The notes under the pieces are model-generated. The model did not search any database, was not told where the DNA came from, and worked only from the letters and a program-made list of their open reading frames with translations. From positions 12,191,130 to 12,255,129 of the forward strand of contig CM119263.1 in NCBI GenBank assembly GCA_051294375.1: a DNA stretch of 64,000 nucleotides, read 5' to 3'. The position numbers and the translations under genes are program-made. The DNA is from Paraspadella gotoi (lineage: Eukaryota; Animalia; Chaetognatha). Shown here piece by piece: positions 16,046 to 28,704 of the stretch (the first letter of the stretch is position 1; each line of letters starts with the position of its first letter).

Positions 16046-19000
16046 TCAATAGGTTCCTAAAATAGATGAGACTCCGGCAAGGCCGACGGCAGCAGACATG
16101 AGGTCGTCGTAGATAAAGTGCCAAACGTCGGCTAGCTGTCCCTTGGCGTAGGATGGCGACTTCTTGGTCAATGACTCTTTTTTGAAAGCTTGGCACACCT
16201 CGCGATGTCCCCGGCTCCACGCTTTTTTCTGACATTCGAGTGAACAGTACCAGGCTGACTTGCACCTGAGTTTTACAGTTTTTGAATACGTCATAGTGGA
16301 AAGGTTTTTTTATACTGGACAGTGTACATTGTACACAGGTTGTCCTGTCTTAAATGGCTATGACTAAGTATATGAAAAAATTTAATCATAATAGTAATTT
16401 TTGATAATAAGCCTTTTACTTAATTACCTGGAACAATGCATGAACCTCTGAGCGTTTCTCTCATGTTCAGCACCGCATTGCGTGCATACGGAATCGTCGT
16501 CACCTTCGACGGAACAACGATCACAGGAGCACCTGTTCAAATTAAGGAGCGGTGAAATTAAAAAATAGTAAGAAACCCTGGAACAAAAAATGATCGAAGA
16601 AAAAATAGAAATATGCAAACGAAGAAGAAATATCTTCCGCAGTTCGCGCGTATATCCAATACAACCAAGTATTTTTTTTTTCCTCTTTCAAGGACGAGAA
16701 AAGAGAAACGGGGAGAAACGAAAGAAAAATCGTGGAAGGCACACCAAGGTCAGAGACGGAAACGGAATTATTAGGAAACTAAATTCTTTATAAAAGTTAT
16801 AAGAAAGTAAACGTTTCTACGACGAGAAACAATCAATCAAAATGACCCCAAAAAAAATGGCGCGACAACCGCAACTGTTATTCACCAAAAGTCGTAAGCG
16901 TCGTGCAGAATCTGGCGCCTCAACTTCCGAGGGAGATTCTCGTCGATGTAGCTGATTGTCAACTGGTCACCTTTCTTTAAAGGAAGACGGTTGTAAACGG
17001 TCAATCCGGGTTTACCCTGGGAAAATTAATGGATTCAATGCCGAATATTTTTTTTTTGTTCTATGACTTGTTTTCGAGAAGCAATGTTATCCTTATTGAT
17101 AAAAGATAGTGATACTAGTCTAAGTACGAAAATAAAAACGAAAAAAAACAAACAAAAAAACATCTAGCTCTTATTGGCGCCATCTAAGGTAAAATTATTT
17201 GTATTATCGTACTTTAACGTGCTCTCCCATAGAGGAAACGAGGCAGTTGGGTCGACAGGAATGATTGAGAAGATGGTGGAGTTCGAAAAGTCCGGAAAAG
17301 ACGGCCGGCTTTGGAGGTTGCTTCTTTAAAAGCGACTTGACGGAGGCATCGAGGAAGTCTGCCTCGTAGCTCAAATGGGTCATCAAGAGTTCGAAGTTTG
17401 ACTTGGGTTGGAAGAGTTGAGAATTGCAATTGATCTCGAAGTATCTAGGAAATAAGAAATTCCGACTTAATACATTGTAAATATGAGCATCAATTAACAT
17501 ATTATATAGTATATGATATCATGATCTATACGAACTTGACAATCGGACAATAACAGACATTCAGCTAAACCAGCGGGCAGCCACCGTCCCTGTGACTACA
17601 CCTTGCTTCAAATTCGTCCTCGGTGATTGGTAGATGTACGTCAATGTGCTTCGAGTTAAAAATGTTGTGCAGTTTTTCTCGCAACTGCGGACATTTCCGA
17701 GCGATAATGCCGTTCTGACCAGTTCCAACGTAACTTTAATAAAAATAAAATCTTGAGTTTAAAAAATGTATTTGTTTAGTTAGCATTGTGCGTTCACTTG
17801 CCTAAATTCGTTTTTGGTGCGCGCCATGGCCTCTTCCTTCTCCGAGATCGGACTGCCCCTGACATCGAGCGCGGAACAAATGATCCTGGCCCAGATGCGA
17901 CAGAGCATCATAGGATCTGTCACGCTTCCGAACCCTTGGAACCCTTCCGATTTTTTGGCGTGTTCCTGAAACGATCAACTTTGATCAAGCTTCTTTTCTC
18001 CTGTTACTATCAAGTCCCAACGATTAAGTTATGAACTCTCAGGCTACCTTAAGCTTTTTATCCGTTTCATCTAATAAAACGCAAATGGAAGGATTGAGAA
18101 CTTTGCACAAAAGACGGTGATGCTTGACGAAGGCGTTTTCCTGACAATCTTGGTCGCAGTAGTACACTTCTAAACAGTGTGGACAAGGCGTTGGGCTGAG
18201 TCGGGGCCACTTACCTGCGGTGTTTCAACGGTTTCGAATTTAAAAAAAAAAAAGATGAGAAAAAGTGAGAAATTAATTATTACAGTGTGGCGGTATATTA
18301 TATTATATTATATTATTTCTTTTTGTGAGTTACGCTCTCAACATCAAACTATGAAATTACTACCTAAATATACTAATTTCACACAGTCAGTTTTTTTAAT
18401 TCAAGTTTTTTGTATTTAATTACCGTCTATTTGTGCCCGCAATTCGTTCGAAATATTGTCTTCCTTCAAATATTCTCGAACGAAATCGTCGGAAGTCAAA
18501 AGATCCCGTCCGCAGCCGTCGCATGCGAGGTGACCCTGTTTGCGGGAGAATACCTTTTTTAGTCATTTTATCTCCACAATTAGGAAATATATATACTTTG
18601 TTTGTTTGTTTGTATGTTTTTTTTTCCAAAACTTTTTCTTCACCTTAAGTTTTGAATCCAGCTTTTGACAAAACACTTGCGGGGTGTCTTCCAAGAGCTT
18701 CACTCCAGGCTCTTCAATGTCGCAGGAAGCGTAAAGTCCTTTTAAACGTGCAAGGTTGTAAATAGCGATAGTTTGATACGATACTTGATTGTTTTCGTTT
18801 GGTTTATGTACCTCTGAATGAGACTTTATCAATCTGAACACTAACAGGAAACTTGTCAAGTTTGCAACCGAAGAGTCGTTTCGCTCGAACTTCTTGAAAC
18901 ATCAAAATAGCCATCTCATTTTCTTCGCCAGACCATTCGTAAGCCTGATAGCAATTGTAAATAAAGATCAGAGAAAAGGAATGAGTGATATAAAGGTGCA

Positions 19001-19518
19001 TATAGAAGTGTTTTTAAACAATTACCTTCAAGAAATCTCTTTCGGAAGAAACATTAAGATCCAACGCCATTAGAATCCTGCCCTTTAGCATGAGAACCTG
19101 ATCTACGTCCTTCAAAAAATTGCAACTATTGGCCAGACGATAAGCTTCTTGATATTTTCCCATGGCGTACAAAACTTCTGAAGCGTAAATTCTGTACATA
19201 ATAAAATGGTTTGTTAGGCACGTTGCTCGAATGGACTGGATCCAGGAATGCCTCCCCAGACCTGTACTGAAGGTTTAACGGATCTTTCTCCACGGCATGT
19301 ATGAAGTTTTCTAGCGCATCAGGGAACGAGCCGGCGTCTAGGGCGCGCGATCCCTGGGAGACATGTTCCAGAGCTTCGGCGGGATCGTTATCCTCAGGAG
19401 CGAAGTTTAAAGTCGGAGCTGCAAGGAACCCCTCTTTAGTCAAAAAGCGAGACTCCTCTTTTATCAATTTCTCGTCGTCAGGCAAAGAGTGCAGCCCGAA
19501 GCTTTTCCAAAGATCCAT
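16046..19518 (-). CDS. SMYD: SMYD-type SET/MYND lysine methyltransferase with N-terminal TPRs and a second C-terminal MYND finger
   Basis: TPR-like helices (ALENFIHAVEKDP, YAMGKYQEAY); SET-N KGLYASCDI; MYND CDGC...CPHCLEVYYCDQDCQENAFVKHHRLLC; SET-C LNHSCRPN and GDQLTISYID; post-SET FWCSCDRC; second MYND CTQC...[27 protein letters not shown]. Confidence 0.88.
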
Positions 19519-22249
19519 GATGCATTTATGGGACCGACGCGGTGAAAAAAAAGGTGAATGTACAGACTTCGACTAGGGCTCGTTTTTGCTGATATGGCGA
19601 AGAGCTCCGAAGCATAACTTCTTCGCTACGAGAGCAAATCAGAAATGCGTTCGAACTAAAAATGATTATAGATTATAGATTTTTTTTCTCGAGGATCAAA
19701 TAATTAAACTCAAAATTTCATAAAAAATTTAAATATCTAAAATCAACGCATATGATTTAATCTTCAAAATGGCTAAGTTTGATTTTTTTTTTTTAATTTA
19801 AATCATTTAACGGGATTTCTGAGGTGAAAGAGCTCATGGTTGATTCGCTGGTATGGATATACGATATTCCTCGCTCAAAGATCGATCTTTGGACGTGAAA
19901 CAGTTAGGGAGATTAGTGATAGTAGTTTACTTCAATGAAACATCAAAGAAAAGAATCTCACACATTAACACATATAACCAATCAATACATATCAACAGAA
20001 CAACATCAACATCAATCAATCAATTATCTTAGTAAAAAATAAATAAAAGTTAAATGCACGAAAAAATTAAGTAATAAATTTAGTAATAATCAATCAATCA
20101 ATTAAATAAACAAATCAATTACTTCCTTTAAAATATCTCAGTTTCAAGCCGTCATCGCCACGTAAATTTAGATAAATTATAATCATATAAAATAATTTAA
20201 TACTTATTTATCAGAGAGCAAACTAACGTCGGCAAAACTTAACCATTTTAATGGAAACAATTCATTTCTAGGTTAAATAAATTGATTGATTGATTGATTG
20301 ATTGATTGGACGTTTGATTGATTGAATGGTTTTTCACTACAGTCCTTTTTAAATTACGATGTCGCTCTGTCCGCTTCATTTTCGACGGCGCAGTTCTCAA
20401 ACAAATGGTCATCCAAATCATCCACTCCAGTCCTTCGACAAAACCCAGGAGATATTCTTTAAGAAAAATTACTCGTGTCTTTACTGTAATCTCCCCAAAA
20501 ATTAACCTTGCTACACTCTTGTTTGCTATATTCTATTTCCTGAAAAAAAAAGACAAATGCTGATCTTCTCATTCGCGTGAAATCTGTTGACGATCCTGGA
20601 TTTTAATACGTTCGAAAAATTATCCTCTTCCGTTCCCTTTTTTCCCTCTTCTTTTTCCGTTAATTTATTAAGAAAAACCTTGCTCTTCATTTTCCCATAG
20701 ACCTCTAGAACGTAATAATACTTTATAGTTTATTATTTGTAATCTTTACGTTTTGTGACTTAATTAATATTTGAGGCTCCAACGTGACCGCTCTGCAGGC
20801 AGTCACATTTTTTTTTCAAAAATGTATGAAAATTGCCAAATGGAATAAATCTAAAATACCATAAGCGTTGGGGTATTTTTAAAGGGTTTGTGGTTTTTAC
20901 ATGTCTTGTCGTGATTTTGTATTTCACGTGTATTTAAAAGCTCCTTTACTTTAGTAGATCCTTTAACTCGCAAAACCTGGTCGGTTGTTCTCAAGAATAG
21001 ACATCTGTAAAATAAATCACTCCCAACTCGCTCACAAGAAGGGGCTTTACATTACAGGCGCGCGTTTGATTTATTTTAACGAGATTCCTTTCGGGTTTCC
21101 TTGATTCATTCCTCAACCAAAACTAATCGAATTCACTCACGCACCCGAGCGTTACTATAGTATACCGATTTAATTTTTTGCTCGTTTCATCATCTTGTCC
21201 CGAAGGAAAAACCAAAAATTTTTTTTTCGCGGAGAACGACGGATCGCGTGTCCTTTGATTTTCTGAGTTACATAAATTTTTTTTTATATTCAGAGTCGTT
21301 TGAAAGTTTAGAACTAGCACAAAGAATCAAAGACCAAAGTACATTTTTTCTATTAAAATTTAAATGATTTGGCAGTAATGATCCGGTTGCCAGTTTATGC
21401 CAAAAAATTTTTTGATACGCTGAACGGTTTATCGTAAGAGTCTAGTGGGGAAAAAAATAATTAAAAATGTTAAAAAAATATATAAGTAAACATGACTTAT
21501 CTATCAGTTTTATTTTGCAAGAAAATATTATTTTAATTATTACAGGCAAAAGCGTCGCTTATTCTTACTCAGTTACTGATAATGATATTTCTCCTTTTTT
21601 TAAATTTTCTCAGTCTCTAAATAATTTGATTTTCGTAAATTTGATTTTAAATGACAGAAAAATATAGGTTGTTCAAAAAGTTAAAAGATAACCTTCAAAA
21701 GCTAATTTTTTAACTTCAAAATCGCTATCTTCTTTAATCCAATTATAACGCCTTTTCTCGACGTAAAGGCCATTAATTATTAGGTTATTTCTGGTGAACT
21801 TTTTATTTTCGTCACTTCGAAATTTGGCTCGTTGGCTTTTGTTTTCTTATCTAATATCTACATAACACATATTTGTGGGTGAAGAAGTCGGACTTTTTTT
21901 TCTTTTTTGCTTCGTCCTGTAACTACGTACTAACTGAGTAACTAACGTCGTAACCTGAAAAGCCGAATTTTTGAATCCTGCCTTTCAGTTTCATGATCGC
22001 TTCTTCCTTCCCCAATGGCAATCTCTTTCAGAGAAGGTTTCGGCTCTCCGAAAAAAGCCTCGTACATTCAAAATGTGATTACTTCGTCTTTCCTTCGAGA
22101 CAACACAAACTTTTAATCGGCATGACAATAAAAACTCTTAGGAGCTATTTACTCTTAACTAAATAAAACAACATTTAAGAGTCGGATTTGTTGAATATGA
22201 TTTAAATAGAAAATACTTTAAGAAACTATCCCGGAAGGAGTTATGAAAA

Positions 22250-25200
22250 ATGAGTGGAAGGGCAGCGAGCGCGGCTGTCTCCGGTGCGAGATCTTCCACT
22301 GCCCCTGGGGCGAGAGATTCGATGACTTCAAATTCTTCGGCCAAAATCACGACCCCACCGTCGACACCTCGACGGAGCGGAGGCGGAACACCAAAGTATA
22401 TTTCCGTTTAATTTTTTTTTTAATTAGTAGCTAAAATTAGGTGTCTATCTCCTAACTTGTCTTTTTAGAGGAAAACTAATGACTTGTAGCGTGCTGTTGT
22501 TGGACGACACATCGACTACTTTTCAAGTAAGTGATTGCTAATTTTTTTTTCCTCCCAGGCCTTAATAATAATCTACGAATATTCACATCCGTAACTTATA
22601 ATTTACATAGGTGGGAAGTAAAGCTCTCGGCGGTGATCTTTTCGACCAAGTCGTTCAGCACTTGAACCTCCTAGAATATGATTACTTCGGCCTGGAACAT
22701 CTCGTTCCCAATCAAAATTGGGAATATTGGATTGAAGCCGAAAAGCCGTTAGTGAAACAGATTAGGTATATATACCGTTGAAACCCATTTTGCACGCTCA
22801 TTAACGAAAGAGATTCATTTTATATGGTATTAATTTTCCTTTCAGCTCTCGTGACTTGCATTTTCGATTTTCCGTCAAATTCTATACGCCCGATCCAGGA
22901 CAGTTGGAGGAAGAATATACACGGTATCTCTTCGCCTTGCAAGTGAAACGGAATCTTGCATCTGGAAAACTCATATGCAATGAGAACACTGCGGCATTGC
23001 TTGCGTCGTACATTGCTCAAGGTTGTAAGAAGAAATAAAAGATACTGTAGCAGTTATTAAAGAGAGATGATCTGATGAGGTGTCGTGTTTATTCTGCCAC
23101 AAACTTGCTTTATAATGATAACTGAACATTTTCTAAGATACGAAGCATTTCTATTTTTTAATTTTAGCGGACATTGGTGATTTCGCGGAAGATCATTATC
23201 ATGACCACACTTACCTGTCAAATTTTAATTTCTTGCCGAACCAATCGACCGAGTTCGAGCAAAAGGTAAGCCAATGTCAATGATTCAACCTAACGTTTGC
23301 AATCTAAGTTCGTTATTCCGATTATACATCATTTTAAAAGGTTATGGAGTTTCATCGAAGTCACATCGGTCGAAGCCCCGCGGAGGCTGATTTCAACCTG
23401 CTCGACGTGGCTCGTCGTATTGAGTTTTATGGTAAGGATTAAAGCATTTGCGGTGAATTAACTATTAACTTGTACGACTTTTTTTTAGGTGTGCACATGC
23501 ACCAAGCGCGTGACAGCGAGGGAGTTTTGTTAAATTTAGCTTTGGCTCATTTGGGAATTGTAGTTTATCAAGTAAGAGCATTTTTTATACAATTGGTATT
23601 GAATCAATTGAGCAAAGGTGGAAATCACTGAAAATTACTGTCTACTTTCCCATGACAGAACCTCACAAAAATAAATACGTTTTCATGGGCGAAAATTAGA
23701 AAGCTTTCGTTTAAGAGAAAAAAATTTCTAATTAAGGTAAGTAAGATTATCCTTGTTCGGAGGTTTTGCTCGGTCTATCAATCGTGAATGGGTTTATTCG
23801 CCAGGTTCACCCAGAATCGTACGGATACCCTTGCAAAGACTTGATCGACTTCTCTTTTGACACCCGCGACGAATGCAAAAGCTTTTGGAAAAAGTGCATC
23901 GAGCATCACTCGTTCTTTCGTTGTCTCACCACAAAAAAGGTTTACTGTCGATGGCTAAGTTTATATGGTTTCTTGTTCGTATCTGCAAGCAATGATTCAC
24001 GACTCACGAGGTCGACTCGCTTATTCTCAGGGCCCAAGGAAGAATGCTCGTCTCTTTAGTCGGGGCTCTTCTTTTCGGTACTGCGGGAGAACGCAAAAGG
24101 AAATGGTCGAATACATTCGCGAAAATTATTGCAAACAGGTTCGTCTCTTACGTCGACGTTGTAATTCTTTTAGCAATGAAAATTAAATTTAAATATAAAT
24201 ATAATTTAAATTAAATTTAAATTTCGACTACAGCATACCTTCGAACGATCATCGTCTCGTCCGGGTATGTCCATGATGCCGGGAGGATCGGGTGCTTTCG
24301 CGACACTAGGCAGCGTCCGATGCAACGCTAAAGTTCCTTCTGCACCCAACTCTGCTCCGGCATCAGTCTCCCAACGAACAGGCGCCAACATGCTGTCGGC
24401 GATGCAAGGCCGAGCGCCTCCAATGGGCGCGCCGCCGCATACAGAACTGCTGGTTTGTAATTATTCTTTCGCGGTAATTTATTCAAAGAAATTTCTTCAC
24501 TCGTTTCAGGTTTCGCTACCTTATTTTAGCCGAATCTGCTTATTAGAATTATGCAACAAAATTTGTTTGTCTGTCCTTCCCCCCTTAGCTTTTAACGCAT
24601 ATTACTCATGAGTGATTAAAAATCATTAATAGTTTTAGAGTAATGATTTTTTAAATTTAAAAAATATGATCCCACTCCTGTACAAAAAAAAGAAGAATTA
24701 ACAAAAAGAAAAAAGTATGAAAAAAACTGCGGATAAGGTTTAAAGGCTTATGTAAAATGACAATAACAACCAACAAGACAACATTTGTATAAAGAAAAAA
24801 TATGTATTGAGGCAACAACGTTTTCTCAAACTTGTCATTCTTTGTCTATAACAAGGTTGTAACGTTTTATTCCTCTTTGTTTTAGAATAATTTTCTAATA
24901 ACCTCCTTTCAGGTTCAGAACTTCACGCACGGCAGCGCTTTGTCTGCAACTACTTTGGGCGGAACTCGTCCAGAGTTGTACCCTCAAAATTGTGTCACAG
25001 AATATGTTATCGATCCCGTCGGAATAGACGACGTCATGACAAGTTACGACGTGACATCTGGGGTCACTGACGTGAGTCCGCCTGACCAAAAAGAGGACAT
25101 CGTAAACTCGGTTCCATGCGACACGTCTTCGTACGGTAGTCGAACTTTGGATTCTAAGGACATGAACGGTGGAATCGGCGGGATGCATTCAGATCCAGGT

Positions 25201-28200
25201 CCATCTAAAAACGGGTTGTTTTCCTTAACCAACGGGTTCTCTCTCTCTCTTTGAGCTTACTTTCTGATTTGTTTTTAGAACTCGTCCAAGTTAGCCCTTC
25301 CAATGGTCACGTTGAAGGCAGCGTTGATGACCTCGATGACGCCGACGTCGACAAAAAAAGAGAATTCTCGGCCTCTCCCGCCCACGAGACAGAGCTGTTG
25401 TCGGCCAACACTTCTGTCGCTGCTGAATCGAGTCAATGTAAAGAAGAGATTAAACCTCGAGGTAAAAATTTAAGTTAGCAAAGACTTAAACGAGACGCCG
25501 ACTGATTCCCCCAACTTCTGTCTTTCTTTGATAATCGACTAATATCAATTTTTTATTTCTGGTAAAATTTTGTGGTGGCCTGCTTCCTACCTGCTCGCTT
25601 TTTAAAACTAGCTCGTAGGCACGACTTTCCTTTTTTCACAACACGGCTTCAGAGGCTTTTGGTCCTCATTCTGCGTGGCCGCTTCCAACCGCCTGCGTCT
25701 AAACCGATTGACGAAACAGTTTTAAGCTTGTCGGTACCGGGATCGAACCAAAGACGTTCGATTGAGATGGTTCGTAGCAGCTTATTCGGAAAAAGCTGTT
25801 AAAGGAGGTGGTATAGCCATCCGTCTTTTAACAGCCTATATCATTGCAGGGGAAGGCACCATCCCCACCCTGCGTTCTTTACACATTATACAGTCCTAAC
25901 GGCTTTCTGATAAAGCTAGACGGTGCTATTATAACCTCGCCAGTGGGCAGGTGGTCCTAAGCCTGTGAGACGTCCCAACTTGCAGGGCATCGCAGGCATC
26001 CCGGCTGTTGCCATAGCGGAGTGGATTATTTTTTGACAAAGATTGCAACAAAACCCTATCTTCCTATTTATAAAGATAATAATAATAATTTACTTAAACA
26101 TTAAGATTCTGAACGGGAATGTGTCGTCCAGCAATTGCCTGCTTCGCCTCCAGTTTCACTTCAAGAAGAAGAAAGACTTCAAGCTTTGCAAATTAAGAGT
26201 CTTCCCGAGTCGCCATCTAGTAGAGATCGAGGACAGAGTAACACGGGCGAGGTAATAACCTATGCAATTGAAATATTGTCTTAAAATGTTAACTCAAGAA
26301 TATTGCTATTGTATTTTTTCTTTCGATTCGTTGCGTTTTATTTAGAAACCGAAAGATAAGATGTAATGGTTTAATAAACAATTTATTTTACATAAAACTG
26401 ACATGTCTCGACTATTGATCATGTAAAAACATTTGTTGTTTTAAACTATTAAAAACTTATATTTTTGTTTCTAAGAATATTGCTGAAATATTTTTTTTGG
26501 TTCCATAACTATCAATCTAGATGAGTCGAAATATTTCTGTGGAAAATGATTCCTCCGCTCCCGAGGCCGACAACAACAACACGAACGTGTCACCAGCATA
26601 TGCTGCTGACGGAATTTTGCGTATAGGTCAAAACGATGAGGAAAAAACCGTCATTAGCAACATCAATAATAACCACAATAATTTTTCTCCATCTCCACAA
26701 ACCATTTTAGGAGGTAGTTCTTTCTATTTTGAACGTTAATAAAATATATGACAATTTTAAAATCGGTCTCTAAGTCACTGCGTAAGTTTTTTTTCTCGCA
26801 GGTGAGGAAGATCCACGAAAGAAAAGGTTTCCTACTGATAAAGCTTATTACATAGCCAAAGAATTGCTAATGACAGAAAGAACGTACAGAAAAGATTTAC
26901 AAGTGTTGACAGTTTGGTTGCGGCAGGTAAATATGAAATTTATACTACCAATATTTTAAAATTAATAATTTCGAAACGTTGATTGATTGTTCAAATGTTT
27001 GTGTTATCTTTCATTTTTAGGCTTTTCTTAAAGGAGAAAGCTGTTCAGAGTGCAATGTTTCTCTCCTTGAAGATTTTGTTTCATCTTTGTACAAACAGCT
27101 TGATCCATTATTTGAATTTCAAGATAACTTTCTTCGAGAGGTATTATAATTTTTTTGCTATTACTATCATATTAGCTTTCTGGGTCCGCTTATCTTTCGT
27201 ATATTTTAGGTGGAACAAAGGCTGGCGATTTGGGAAGGAAAGACGAATGCTCATTTGAATGGAGATTATCGACGTATTGGAGACCTCCTTTTACTTCACT
27301 CAATGAAAACATTAAACCCATACCTTAAGGTTAGATGATTAATGAAACAAAGATTATTACTTGTGACTAATAATAATTTTTTATAGTATATTTTATTGTT
27401 GGATGGTGTTTTCGCGGATATGAACGATCTTGCCAAACGAGACAAAAAGTTTGATGCAGCTCTCAAAGAATTCGAAAACCAAAAGGTGAAATTACAGGAT
27501 TATAGCATTAGGCTTAGCAATTACTTGTATCGTAGATTAAAAGTTGCCTTTTCGGGTTCAATTTTAGGTTTGCTACTTGCCAATAACGACTTTCCTACTC
27601 AAGCCTGCTCACAGACTTCTTAATTATAAAGGTAACCTTTTATGACTGGTAACTAAAATTAGAAGCTTAACTTTGAATGCGGTTAATTTTAACAGCTATA
27701 CTCGAACGCCTCGATAACCACTACTCGCCGGACCACGTTGATTTTGCCGACGTACAGCAAGCGCTTTCCATTTTCGACGCTGCGATGGGTAGTTTCGGCA
27801 GCACCGTCGTCCTGCTGGATCAGGACCAGGGTGCCACTGGTGTCGAGCAGAAGATTCGCGAACTGGAAAACATGTGTCGACTCATGGAGTTGCAGAGGTA
27901 TTAAACTTTCAAAAAAACTCAAAATTATATTTTTAATGGTTGGACAGGCTTATTAGACCAATTTTGGGGTGGGAAATTTGATGGTGAGGTCGAAATTGCT
28001 CAGTTTAGTCGAAATCGCTTGACTACCGGGCCCTGAACGAGCATTTTCCAATTTTTCCACATTTTAAAACGTTTAATATCATTATTCTATTTAAATTATT
28101 TTTTTAAACTAAAGAAAAAGTAAATTACACTTTTTATTATATAAACTTTAATATTTATCATAATTTGAAGTAACAGTTTTAAAAAAACAGGGCCCAGAAG

Positions 28201-28663
28201 TAGCATTTTTTCCCTGTTTTGACTTTATCAATCACTTTAAAGGTAAAGTTCAATCAAGATTGTATAAAAATGTATAAAAATATATTTAATATAAAAACTT
28301 TGCTTTCATTTAAAATAGGTTAAAACTTTTTAAATTTTATATTTATTATTTTATTAATTATTATTTTTCAAGTAAATGATTACTGAAAACAATCCAATCG
28401 GTTTTTTATTTTAAAAAGGACAATAAAAAAATAATTTTGGTTTATTAACACAATGCAAAGGTTAAACTATTGTTTATTTTTAAATAAAAAATATTAGAGG
28501 AAAAACTAAATTTTTTTGCGCTTTAACAACATTTTATTTTTTATATAATGGACAAGTTTCGACTCTAGTTTTCGAGTCTTCATCAGCATTGAAAAAGATA
28601 CATTCACAAACTTTTTTATATTGGTTTAAGGGAGAGAGAGAAGGAGGGAGATATTGAGAGAAG

Positions 28664-28704
<41 letters not shown>

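Noticed and set aside
23050-23126. CTGATGA plus stem in a FARP intron as a hammerhead or C/D snoRNA
   Set aside because: GAAA lacks its G, there is no stem I or cleavage triplet, and the C-to-D spacing is short for a snoRNA.
25928-26030. TAACCTCGCC...GGTCCTAAGCC as a second twister, or CCTAAGCCT as a telomerase template
   Set aside because: P1, P2 and T1 partners do not pair. The H/ACA-like part lies 5' of the putative template, the wrong order for telomerase RNA.
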